Shown piece by piece: positions 27,064 through 38,815 of a stretch of 64,000 nucleotides of DNA (positions within the stretch are counted from its first letter, which is position 1; the number at the start of each line of letters is the position of its first letter). The stretch spans positions 22,134,001-22,198,000 of the forward strand of contig NC_086108.1 in the NCBI RefSeq assembly GCF_963921235.1, in the 5' to 3' direction. The stretch comes from Mobula hypostoma. Taxonomy: Eukaryota. A model generated the notes under the pieces. The model saw only the letters and a program-made list of their open reading frames with translations, ran no database searches and was not told the DNA's origin. Both the position numbers and the translations under genes were made by a program.

Positions 27064-27994
27064 GTAGGCAAAACAATTACTACAGTGATATTGGAACTGC
27101 CTTCTATCTTTTGTTGTGATAATAAGCTGAACCAGATAAAAATATTGACACCTTATCAGCAAATTTGAACAATGAAATTCTTCTGTGTTTTTTTTAATGT
27201 TTCAACTGTTTATTTCAGTCAATTTAAACTGCTGGGTCTTTCAGCGGCATCTTGTTCTATTCAGACCCCATGAAGTAATTGATATTTTCTAGGTGGTTGT
27301 TAATCTGTGTGCATATTTGTCATTTGAAACTCTAAGTTTGGATGTTAAAAACCAGTAGAGTCGTGGATTTTCCTGAGAGATGAACATATTGGTACAAATT
27401 TAGCTGATCTCCTGCGACCTGTCTCAGTTGATGGCACTTTTTTATTTGGTTTAGAACTCTGATGCAGTGAGACAACACAATGTGAAAACATATTGGCCTT
27501 CTACCATGATACCAGGCAAGGAAACAAACCATTCAGTGATTGCCGCCCAGTCAGCTGACGGTAACTGTTGAGGCTCATTGATGAAGGACAGCTGGGGAGA
27601 ATGGGGAGAATTCTTACACCATCATCGGTTTGCTCTTCTGGGATTACATTGGAACCATTTCACTGGGGTTTCCACTGAGAACCCACACACATTCAAATCT
27701 TTATCAGTCTTCCTAAAGCAGAAAATATTCTATCATTCTATATCTTTCCAAATAGTAATTCTCACATTTCTTGCTGTTGAATATGACATAATTTAGATTA
27801 AATTATTAAATATAATCTTTGATGTGGTTTGAATCCATTATAGCTGAAGCCCTTTTATCGATGCTATTTTTGACCAACCAGTAAAATACAGTCATTGATA
27901 TTGCCTATATCTATTGCAGCAGTGTGTAAATCACAGATCTTGCAATGTCAAGCCTTTATCAAAATGGACTGAATTGTCCACCCTGTCAGTTGTG

Positions 27995-28372
27995 TATATC
28001 CTGTTTCCCTCTCTTACCTTATCTCCATACCTGCCCATCACCTCCCTCTGGCGCTCCTCCATCTTCCCTTTCTTCCATGGTCTTCTATCCTCTTCTGTCA
28101 GATTGCCCCTTCTCCATGTATCTCTTTCACCAACCAACTTCCCAGCTCTTTACTTCACCCTCTTCTCTTCTCCTGGTTCCAACTATAACCCACCACCTTG
28201 TATTTCTTCCTCCCCTCCCCACACCTTCTCCCATCCTTTCCGGTCCTGAAGAAGGGTCTCAGCCCGAAACATCAACTGTTTATTCTTTTCCATAGATACG
28301 GCCTGACCTCCTGAGTCCCTCAGCATTTTGTGTGTCTTACTTCGGATTTCCAGCATCTGCAGATTTTCTTGC
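27995..28372 (+). mobile_element. Penelope 3' UTR/terminal repeat fragment with hammerhead-like motif (28241-28278)
   Basis: Pyrimidine-rich UTR, then cggtc CTGAAGA agggtctcagccc GAAA catc aactg, then the shared ...ttccagcatctgcaga end. Confidence 0.8.
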
Positions 28373-29255
28373 AGCTGTGTGTGTCGTTGGCATTCCTACT
28401 CCCTGGGTCTTTGAACTTCCCATCTCTGGGCTTTTGCAAATTGATGTCATCAAATGAAAATAAATATTACTTCTCTGCAGCTGTGTCTTGTCTGTAGTTC
28501 AGTCACAGTCTTTTGAAGTTTAAACATTTGAAATAATCCCCACTGTGGCAATTTAATCTGTTTTTGTGTTATGTTCTCTGTTTTATATTGGAGTGGTTTA
28601 TTGTTTATTTGTTTTTTTGGAATATTTATCACTAAGGCTGAGATTTCCAATATTTTCTTGTTCAGTTTTAAATCTCTTCCGTTTCTGTCTCCACTTGCGA
28701 GAGAAAGGCATGCCAATCATTCATAATTGTTGCTACAGCTGTCTGCAGCAGAAAATTCTCATTAAAGCTCAGAAGATAAAGAACCTTTGCTAGAATAAGG
28801 TCACAGCTACTGTGTTTGTCATTATATTGAATGAGCAATTACAATGGAAACTCTGTTGCAACTCGTGTTTCAGAACTGTGCCCCAGGTCAGGTAACTGTC
28901 AGGAGGCAATAATGGACCATGTGAACTCGGGCTATATCTCTGATTATTTAGTAACCTTTGTCTGCAAGAGCAACCTTCTGAGCTGCTGCATTGGCTCAGT
29001 GGGTTAATGATATTCTGTCTGATAAAAGAGTCCTGAGACCGGGGTGGCGGGGGTGAGGGGGGCTGATCTACACCCTGGAACGTTGTACAAGGCCCTTTCT
29101 ATCACTAATGTGGATGTAAAACGTACCATGTCACAGTTTACAAGACCTGGGATTCCCCATTCCCTCACTGCAGCTGTCCTTCAACATCATAAAAACAAGT
29201 TATCTGACCATTTTCAGATTAATTTATTTGCCACATGTATATCAAACTGTACAGT

Positions 29256-29423
29256 GAAGCGTCTTGGCCTGAAATGTCGACTGTACCTCTTCCTAGAGAC
29301 ACGAAGGGTCTTGGCCTGAAATGTCGACTGTACCTTTTCCTAGAGATGCTGCCTGGCCTGCTGCGTTCACCAGCAACTTTGATGTGTGTTGCTTGAATTT
29401 CCAGCATCTGCAGAATTCCTGTT
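29256..29423 (+). mobile_element. Penelope terminal-repeat insertion with a tandemly duplicated hammerhead 3' half
   Basis: 44-nt unit at 29256-29299 and 29303-29346; tacagtgaa direct repeat at 29250-29258 and 29427-29435. Confidence 0.8.
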
Positions 29424-30035
29424 ATATACAGTGAAATGTGTCATTTCCCTTAACAACCAACATTCGGGCGCCGGCATAGCATGCTCACACTGCTTAGCAG
29501 AAAACAACACAACAGCAAACAAGCCCCTTTCCTCTCTTCACCCACACACCCCTCCAACCCCAGGATAGACCGCTGAGCCTCCAGCAGAGTTGGGGACAGT
29601 AGCCCTCCATCTTTCCCCAGCGCACTTCACATTGATGTTCATGCGGTGTGCTAAAGCTGGCTTCTGCATTTCTCATATCACAGTGTTATGATACTTCAAA
29701 GAAGATACTCCTCTAGATCTGCAATTCTTTCAAATTTCTTAGGATTGTGATAGGTACCATAAATATGCAAGTTCAGTATTGACGGAACGGTGTTGGAGAA
29801 TCCTAAGTTTGACTTTTGTCTCTTTGAGTGTGACAATGAATGAAAGAGATCTTAAATGATTAGCTGGAATGTTATACTTGGCTGTTTTTAAAAATTAGAA
29901 CATAGAACATAGAGCAGTACAGGACAGTACAGGCCCTTCGGCCCATATTTAATCTTCATACCTTCCCTTGAAAGCAATTTACAGACTTTTAAAACCAAGG
30001 TACTCTTGTTTGCCAGTGTTATAACAGAAAACAGC

Positions 30036-30173
30036 GTCCTGAAGAAGGCTTTTGGCCTGGAACGTTGACTGTTTATTCATTTCCATAGATGCTGTTGATC
30101 CTGACCTGTTGAGTTCCTCCAGCATTTTATGTGCGTTACTCTAGATTTCCAGCATCTGCAAAATCTCGTGTTT
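30036..30173 (+). mobile_element. Solo Penelope terminal repeat with degenerate hammerhead
   Basis: gtc CTGAAGA aggcttttggcct GGAA cgtt gac followed by the shared repeat body. Confidence 0.75.
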
Positions 30174-30884
30174 ATAAAACAGTGTAATTTTATGTTTCCT
30201 GAAAATTTCACGAACATGTTTTTGTTTGCTTTATTGTGTGTTGAATTATCTGACCAAAGGGGAACAAGGATGAGATATGTGGGGAGGGGGAATAATTTGC
30301 CAACTGGAAACTGCTTGGCTTAGAGTCATTGTCTTTGCCAGTTCACTAATTGTGGCACATTGATTTCGCTAAAACATCATTGTCTGAAATTACAGCATCT
30401 CAGGGTTGCATATGGTGGCATATATGTACCTTGATACTTTGAACTTTGTACAAAATTACTGCATTTTCTGCAAATCTGCAGAAAAAAATGCTTCTTTTCT
30501 TGAATTGTAGAACCTTTAAGATGGAACTGTTGGAAAACGAAGTGCTGTTTCTTTTTCCTAAAATTCTATGCACTGCACTTGACAGGGCTTTTGATTTGAC
30601 CATTCCATTTCACTTACTTTGGGTTCTCACCCATTTCCTCATGGGATTACTCCTGAATCCATCTTTTGGCAAACCAGAAGTTCAGTGAGTTGTCATCTGC
30701 CATTTCCAACATTCAAACTCACAGCCATCCTCACACCCATCTTTCACTCTCCTTTCTGCATTCATAAAGAAACATTCCCGTCCCAAACCATCTTGCTTTC
30801 CAGCCACATAAGATACCGTACTTGTTCTTTTGCATCCTTCTGTTCCCACCAACCAAACATCTTTTACAGGTAAAACAACAAAAT

Positions 30885-32197
30885 ACTTCTACAGTGATAA
30901 AATGCTTTGAGAGGTTGATCATGACTAGACTGAATTCCTGCCTCAACATGGACCTGGACCCATTGCAATTTGCCTGTCACCACAATAGGTCAACGGCAGA
31001 TGCAATCTCAATGGCTCTTCACATGACTTTAGACCACCTGGATGACACAAACACCTATGTCAGGAGGCTGTGCATTAACTATAGGTCACCATTTACTATC
31101 ATCATTCCCATAATCCTGATTGAAAAGTTGCAGAACGTGGGTCTCTGCAACCCCCTCTGCAATTGGATCCTTGACTTCCTAACTGGAAGACCACAATCTG
31201 TACAGATTGGTGATAACATATCCTCTCGCTCACGATCAATACTGGTGCACCTCAGTGGTGAGTGCTTAACCCACTGCTCTACTCTCTATGTACCCATGAC
31301 TGTGTGGCTAGGCAAGGCTTAAACACTAAATATGCTGATGATACAACCATTGATGGTAGCATCTCAGATGGTGACGAGAGGGCATACAGGAGTAAGATAT
31401 GCCAACTAGTAGAGTGGTATTGCCGCAACAACCTGGCACTAAAACATCAGTAAGCCGAAAGAGCTGATTGTGGTCTTCGGGAAGGGTAAGACGAAGGGCC
31501 ACATAGCAATCCTCAGAGGGATCCGAAGTGGAGAGAGTGAGCAGTTTCAAGTTCCTGGGTGTCAAGACCTCTGAGGATCTAACCTGGTTCCAACATATTG
31601 ATGTAGTTATAAAGAAGGCAAGACAGCGGCTATACTTTATTAGGAGTTTGAAGAGATTTGGTATGTCAGGCTGTATACATACATCTTCTGATGCTTCTGG
31701 ACACATCTTCAGTGATGTTCCTGGAATCATCGGGTGTTTTGGGTCTTTCGACATCATACAACCTCCTCCAGGTGACCCAGCTGGGGCTGATCAGATCTCA
31801 GCTTGTGTCCAGATGGCTAGCTTCTTATGACTCCATGGCTCCCCTCTTTTGAGCCACAGCCATCTTGAGGCCCCCTCTGCCACATCAGTGGTACTGCGGA
31901 TGGCTCTCCTCTTCAACAAATATACTCAAAAACTTCTATAGGTGTAACGTGGAGAGCATTCTGACAGGCTGCATCACTGTCTGGTATGGGCGGGGGGCTA
32001 CACACAGGACCGAAAGAGACTGCAGAGGGTTGTAAATTTAGTCGGCTCCATCTTGGGTACTAGCATACAAAATACTCAGGACATCTTCAAGGAGTGGTGT
32101 CTCAGAAAGGCAGCATCCATTATTAAGGACCCCTAGCACCCAGAGCATGCTCTTTTCTCACTGATACCATCATGTAGGAGGTACAGAAGCCTGAAGT
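30885..32197 (+). mobile_element. Rex1/Babar-type LINE, interrupted at about 31669-31915
   Basis: STVIKCFERL...LDPLQFA...[28 protein letters not shown]...KKARQRLYFIRSLKRFG. Confidence 0.88.
31669..31915 (-). mobile_element. 3' end of a probable R2/Hero-type (RLE-endonuclease) LINE
   Basis: Minus strand reads KRRAIRSTTDVAEGASRWLWLKRGEPW followed by a 3' UTR; the AExASRWLW motif is recalled from Hero elements. Confidence 0.55.
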
Positions 32198-32384
32198 CAA
32201 CCAACTTCACGAGTCATGCCGGTGATAGTGGTCGGTGGGACTAGGTGAGAGTAAGAGTTAGGCACGGACTTGAAGGGCCGAGATAGCCTGTTTCTGTGCT
32301 GTAATTGTTATATGGTTATGAATATGTATACAACATTAATTTCTTGTTGGAACTATTACCAACCTGTTGATGAAACTGATAATT

Positions 32385-32715
32385 GTCACAGTGCTGTAGC
32401 TGGTAGAGCTGCTGCCTCGCTGTTCCAGTGACATCTGTTCAGTCCTTACCTTGGGTGCTGTGTGTGTGTGGAATCTGCACTTTCTCTCTATGTTTGCATG
32501 GGTTTCTTCTGGTTTCCTCCACAGATAGGTTAATTGACCACTGTAGATTGCCTCTTATGTGTGGATGTGTGGTATTTGGAGAAAATTGATAAGAATACAA
32601 GGAGAATACAGTGGCTTAGAGTAAAACTGGTGTCAATATGAGCGCTTGGTGGTCTGCGTTATCTCATTTAGCTGAAGAACCTATTTCCATGCAGAATCTC
32701 TTCATGATAATGTGA
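32385..32715 (+). mobile_element. tRNA-derived SINE (HE1/V-SINE-like), degenerate
   Basis: gtagctggtagagctgctgcctc head; tgtggaatctgcactttctc...gcatgggtttc central domain; CR1-like tail. Confidence 0.65.
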
Positions 32716-33618
32716 CTGTAACCTATCTAACCCTGCTCCAATGCAACTGAATGGTTTGAAAACTGATTCCACCGAACAGTATTGCATTCAGTTTTGCTTA
32801 AATTCTCTCTTGCTAACATTTTGTCTTTTTGTTTAATTAATGCTTTTGAGAAATGTGTGAATCACTACTCATGATTGACGTGTTATTTATAGCACAGCAT
32901 TCTCAGGTTAACAACTGAATTGGTGTTAATTTGACTGCACCACATTATAAAACTCGGTCAAAGTGGTGCCTGCTATGACATTATCTGCACTGGTTCAAAT
33001 TATCCTGGACGGTCTGAAAGATAAGGGAGATGTATGTTGATTGTAATTGCTTGGAACCACTTGATTTTTTTATTCAGTAAGCGCTTCATGCTGCTGCTCA
33101 ATCTTTATTATGTTTTTACAGTCTTCAGTATTGTCTGTATTATGCTCAGCTACTTTAGAAACAGGTATCATGTCATTTCTTCTTAACAGTCAAATTTTTG
33201 GATAATTTTATGTGTTGGAATGCCCACATAAGAGGATTTCAATATCAAATGTTCTTTCTTCATTGGCATAAACGTCAAGATCTCAATGTCTCAGAAACAG
33301 AAGTTTTTACATTGCTTCTCTTTCCCAATAACTACATTTAAAGAATTAACCTGAAGCTACACAGAGTCACATATTGAATGCCCCGTGTTTGGCTCAGTGC
33401 CAGCTCCTGTACACAGTAGGTAATGGGGAATGATCCACTCACCTAGATAGGCCTCATTTCCAGTCTCTATGCTTTCACAAATTGGTCTTAATCTCTTTAG
33501 ATTGAAGCTCTGTGAGTGAGTGCTCATGTTAGTGAAGGTGAAGATTTCATTTTCTCAACACTTTATAGAACATCAGCTGTTGCCCACCATTGAGGCTTTT
33601 AATTCATTCTGCATTCAG

Positions 33619-33763
33619 GATTTCCTGACGGACCTGGTGATGTCTGAGGTGGATCGATGTGGGGAGCATGATGTTCTCCTCTTCAGGGAAAATACCTTAG
33701 CAACAAAAGCCATAGAAGAATATTTGAAGCTTGTTGGCCAGAAGTACCTCCATGATGCCTTAG
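33619..33763 (+). CDS. RASAL2: RASAL2 exon, RasGAP domain (FRENT arginine-finger region), 145 bp
   Basis: gcattcag|GAT...TTAG|gtaaga; [48 protein letters not shown](G); ends in phase 1. Confidence 0.96.
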
Positions 33764-35006
33764 GTAAGATACAATGATATATGAATATTCTGGTCTGTCT
33801 TCGGTTCACTGATGCTACTGCTATCACACAGGTGCCCTGGAGCAGTTTGGTATAGGAAAATACATGCAAATATATGAGGGAGGATGACAAACATTGTATT
33901 TCCCCCCTCCTCTAAATGTAAATAATAATGACCCAAATTTGACTGGATTTACCTGGGATATTATTCGATCTTTTTGCAGTATTGGGAAACTCTGTCCTCT
34001 TTCACATTAGTGACAAAATCATGCCATAAGAAAAGTTTACGTGAATGTACACTTGCTGTAGAAATCAGACTCAGAAGCAAGTGCTGGCCGTTGTTGTCCC
34101 CAAGGTCAATTGTTGACTTCAAATCTAGAGTTGATTTACACAAAATCATTGAAAGCATAAGAGTATAGGCCAAGACGTATTCACCACAGTAGGTGCACGG
34201 CTGGTTCTGACACTGCAGTATTGATACCCTGTGACAGTGTGCAGAATGATATTTGCTTCCAAAACTGGTTTCCAGTGGAGAGAGCCAACCAGGGACCTTT
34301 CCTGCAATCTGCTGCAGTGCTTACAACACAAACTAGTGGATGCTTTCCTCTCATGAGAATATATATTCAAATAGGGAATGAAGGATATACCATACTCTTT
34401 ATTTTTATATAATAGCTTCTCACCACCTGCCCTGTGAAACCCTTAAGACCACCTCTAATTCTGCTGATTTCCAGAGAACACTAGCACAGTCTATTGCCTT
34501 ATTTCAAAGGGCAACTTTACATCCCAGAGTCTGTTGAATATCCTTCTGAAGCAAATAAATCCTTCTTTGGTGAAGGAAACCAAAATTGTGACCTGGGTAG
34601 TCTCCCCAAGCCCTGTGTGCATACAGCACCTCCTTACATTTTAACTCCTACCCTCTCGCAATGTAGCCTAGAGTAAAAAGTACTTTCCAAATGATTGTAA
34701 TTCTGAAAGAAGCATTCCCAAGGTTCTCAAATGTCGACATTTACTAAGTTCTCTTTGTATTTGTACCCTTGTAAATAAGTTCACTATACTTCAGTTCAAG
34801 TATTATCTCAATGCCCAATCACTTAAATGTAATTTTCCAACTTCCACCCTGCCCTCAAATTCACCTGGTCTATTTCCAACACCCCGCTTCCCTTTCTCAA
34901 CCTCTCTATTTCAATCTCTGGAGAATGCTCATCCAGCAATGTCTAGTACAAACCAACGGACTTTCACAACTACCTAGACTATACCTTATCCCACCCTACT
35001 AGTAAA

Positions 35007-35927
35007 AACCATATAACCATACAATTACAGCACGGAAACAGGCCATCTCGGCCCTTCTAGTCCGTGCCAAACTCTTACTCTCACCTAGTCCCACCAACCT
35101 GCACTCAGCCCATAACCCTCTATTCCTTTGCTGTCCATATATCTATCCAATTTAACTTTAAACGACAATATCAAACCTGCCTCATCCACTTCTGCTGGAA
35201 GCTCGTTCCACACAGCTACCACTCTCTGAGTAAAGAAGTTCCCCCTCATGTTACCCCTAAACTTTTGCCCTTTAACTCTCAACTCATGTCCTGTTGTTTG
35301 AATCTCCCCCATTCTCAATGGGAAAAGCCTATCCACGTCAACTCTTTCAATCCCCCTCATAATTTTAAACACCTCTATCAAGTCCCCCCTCAACCTTCTA
35401 CGCTCCAAAGAATAAAGACTTAACTTGTTCAACCTTTCTCTGTAACCTAGGAGATGAAACACAGACAACATTTTAGTAAATCTCCTCTGTACTCTCTCAA
35501 TTTTATTGACATCTTTCCTATAATTCGGTGACCAGAACTGTACACAATACTCCAAATTTGGCCTTACCAATGCCTTATACAATTTCAACATTACATCCCA
35601 ACTCCTATACTCAATGCTCTGATTAATAAAGGCCAGCATACCAAAAGCTTTCTTCACCATCCTATCCACATGAGATTCCATCTTCAGGGAACAATGCACC
35701 ATTATTCCTAGATCCCTCTGTTCTACAGCATTCTTCAATGCCCTATCACTTACCATGTATGTCCTATTTTGATTAGTCCTACCAAAATGTAGCACCTCAC
35801 ATTTTTCAGCATTAAACTTCATCTGCCATCTTTCAGCCCACTCTTCTAACTGGCCTAAATCTCTCTGCAAGCTTTGAAAACCTACTTCATTATCCACAAC
35901 TCCACCTATCTTAGTATCATCTGCATA
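35007..35927 (-). mobile_element. CR1-type LINE 3' part with uninterrupted RT C-terminal frame (relatively young)
   Basis: YADDTKIGG...RPNLEYCVQFWSP...RGNFFTQRVV, about 280 codons open; tail aaccatataaccat. Confidence 0.92.
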
Positions 35928-37292
35928 AAACGCCATCCCCTTTTCTCAATTTCTCCGTCTCTGCCACATATCCTCTCAGGAGGTGGCTTTTCATTCTAGA
36001 GCAAAGGAGATGTCCTCCTTTTTCAAAGAAGGGGGCTTCTCTTCCTCCATCGTCAATGCTGCCCTCAACCGCATCTCTTCCATTTTACACACATCTGCTA
36101 TTACCCATTCTCCCACTACCCTGCCAGGGATAGGGTTCCCCTTGTCTTCACTTAGCACCCCACTAACCTCATCATTCTCCGAAACTTCTGCCACCTCCAA
36201 CGGGATCCCACCACCAAGCTCATCTTTCCCTCCCCCCACACCCCACCAAATTTCAGCTTTCCGCAGGAATTACTCCCTACAGGATTCCCTTGTCCATTCA
36301 TCCCTCCTGGCACTTATCCTTATAAAGGGAATAAGTGCCACGCCTGCCCCTACACCTCCTCCCGCACTACCATCCAGGGCCCTAAATAGTCCTTTCAGGT
36401 GAGGTGATACTTCACCTGTGAGTCTGTTGGGGTCATTTACTGTGTCTGGTGTTCCTGGTGTGGTCTCCTGTATATCGGTGAGACCCAATGTAGATTAGGA
36501 GACCGCTTCGCCGAGCATCTATGCTCCATCCACCAGAACAAGTGGGATCTCCAGTGTCCACCCATTTAAATTCTACTTCCCATTCCCATTCCTATTCCGA
36601 TATGTCCATCCATGGCCCCCTGCACTGTTGTGATGAGGCCACACTTAGGCTGGAGGAACAAGACATATTACATTTGGGTAGCCTCCAACCTGGTGGCATG
36701 AACAGCAATTTCTCAAACTTCTGGTAATGCCCCCCAACACCCCCCCACTTCTCCATTTCCCATCCCCTTTTCCCTCTCTCACCTCATCTCACCAATCAAC
36801 TTCCCAGCTCTTTACTTCATCCCTCCCCCTCCAGGTTTTACCTATCATCTGGTGTTTCTCTGTCCCCTCCCTCCACGTGTTGGGCACGTGGCCAAGTGGT
36901 TAAGGTGTCCGTCTAGTTACCTCAAGGTTGCTAGTTCGAGCCTCAGCTGTGACAGCGTGTCTGTGCCCTTGAGCAAGGCACTTAATCACACATTGCTTGA
37001 GTCCGTGCGAGGAGTGGCGCGCTACACAGACTTCCAATCCATGCCTTGTAAGGCATGAAAATGCCCGATGCAGGCCTCTCATGGTCTGAGTCAACGTTCC
37101 CTCCCTCCCTCCCTCCCCTCCCCCCACCTTTTACATTTACTCCTAGGCTTCTTTTCTCCAGTCCTGCTGAAGAGTTTTGGCCAAAAATGTCGACTGTACT
37201 TTTTTCCATAGATGCTGCCTGGCCTGCTGAGTTCCCCCAGCCTTCTGTGTGTGTTGCTCGGATTTCTAGCATCTGCAGATTTTCTCTTGTTT
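35928..37292 (+). mobile_element. Penelope-like element: RT C-terminus, GIY-YIG endonuclease, 3' UTR and terminal repeat
   Basis: NAIPFSQFLRLCHI at the start; GVIYCVWCSWCGLLYIGETQCRLGDRFAEHL from 36429; RLEEQ..HLGSLQPGGMN; degenerate hammerhead at 37159-37196. Confidence 0.9.
36878..37108 (+). mobile_element. tRNA-derived SINE inserted in the Penelope 3' UTR
   Basis: A box TGGCCAAGTGG (36889-36899), B box GTTCGAGCC (36934-36942), CORE-like gtgcccttgagcaaggcacttaa, (CCCT)n on both sides. Confidence 0.78.
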
Positions 37293-37447
37293 GTGATGTA
37301 ATTTTCTGTGTTTACTTGCTACCTGATTTTACATTGTATCTTAGGAACACTGAGCCCTCTGATCAAAGTCGTTAGGTTCCTGAGACTCAAGCACTGATTC
37401 TTGTGGAAGGCCACCGGTTACATCTAAAAATGACATCTTTATTCTTG

Positions 37448-38390
37448 TAACACACGCAAAATGCTGGAGGAACTTATCAGGTCAGGCAGCATCTATGGAG
37501 GGGAATAAACAATTTTGGACCAAGACCCTCAGAAGAAAAAAAATAATTCATCAGAAGCAACACACAGAAAGTGTGGCAGGAGCTGAGCAGGTCAGATAGC
37601 ATTTATGGAAATGAATAAACAGTCGACATTTCAGACTGAGAGCCTTCTTCAGGGCTGGAAAGGAAGGGGTAAAATGCTGGAATAAAAAGTGGGGGAAGGG
37701 GAAGGAGGCAAGCTGGAAGGTGAAAGGTGAAACTATATGGGTGGGAAAGGTAAAGGGCTGGAAAAATAAGGAATTTGATGAGAGAGGAGAGTGGACCAAA
37801 GGAGAAAGAGAAGGGCGGAGGGGACCCAGCGTGAAGTAATAGGCAGGTGAGAAGAGGTAAAATGTCAGAGTGGGGTATGGGGGGGTGGATTTTTTGTCGG
37901 AAGGAGAAATCAATATTCATGCCATCAAGTCGGAGGCTACCAAGATGGAATATAAGGTGTTGCTCCTCCACCCGAGGTGGTCTCATCGTTGCACAAGAGG
38001 AGGCCATGGACCGACATGTTGGAATCCAGATTTAAAATGCTTGGCCACTGGGAAGTTCTGCTTGTGCTGAATGGAGCAGAGGTAATCAACCACCCTCAAA
38101 CCACTTGGGTGCCCTCCCCTTTCTCTTTCTTCAGTGGCCCACTCTCTTCTCCTATCAAATTCCTTGCACTCTAGCCCTTGACCTTTCCCACATCACCTTC
38201 CAGCTAGTTTCCTTCTCCTCCCTCAGCTTTTTTATTCTGGCATCTTCCCCCTTCCCTCTCAGTCCTGAAGAAAGGTCTTGGTTCGAAATGCCGACAGTTT
38301 ATTCATTTCAATAGATGCTGCCTGACCTGCGAGTTTCTCCAGCATTTTGTGTGTGTTTGGATTTCCAGCATCTGCAGACTTTCTCATGTT
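37448..38390. mobile_element. Penelope cluster: two minus-strand terminal repeats plus ORF end, followed by an inverted plus-strand repeat
   Basis: Minus-strand RVEEQHLIFHLGSLRLDGMNIDFS; repeats at about 37448-37530 (-), 37555-37850 (-) and 38100-38390 (+). Confidence 0.85.
37620..37657 (-). ncRNA. Minimal hammerhead ribozyme motif, near-intact
   Basis: Minus strand CAGCC CTGAAGA AGGCT ctc AGTCT GAAA TGTC GACTG: core boxes and GUC intact, 5-bp stem II, one mismatch in stem I. Confidence 0.6.
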
Positions 38391-38670
38391 CAAGATTCAT
38401 CAAAAGCAACTCTCTTTGAAACCAAATGTGTTGATTTTGATGCTGGACTTGTTTGCTAAATAAAAAGAGCTTTTGTTGCTGCAAATTATCTGTGTACTTT
38501 TCCATTTCTTAAGATTGTGCTTAATGATGATCAGTGAGCACAGAGGCAAGAATTTGATCTTTGTTGAACCAATGAGGTGTCACTGTTCTTGTGGTTTAGA
38601 ATGTAGTGGTCCTATTGTTCCAGTAAACAATAATACTAACCTAATTTTACCTGCTTGTATCCTGTTTCAG

Positions 38671-38815
38671 GAGAGTTCATAAAGGCACTTTATGAATCAG
38701 ATGAAAATTGTGAGGTGGACCCAAGTAAGTGTTCGTCGAGTGAACTGCCAGAACATCAGAGTAACCTCAAAATGTGTTGTGAATTGGCTTTCTGCAAGAT
38801 TATCAACTCTTACTG
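38671..38815 (+). CDS. RASAL2: RASAL2 exon, RasGAP domain, 145 bp
   Basis: cctgtttcag|GA...TACTG|gtaagg; (G)[47 protein letters not shown](C); phase 1-2; coding frame not in the ORF track. Confidence 0.96.

Noticed and set aside
36882..36955. tRNA gene
   Set aside because: It has A and B boxes but no convincing acceptor stem and continues into a SINE body.
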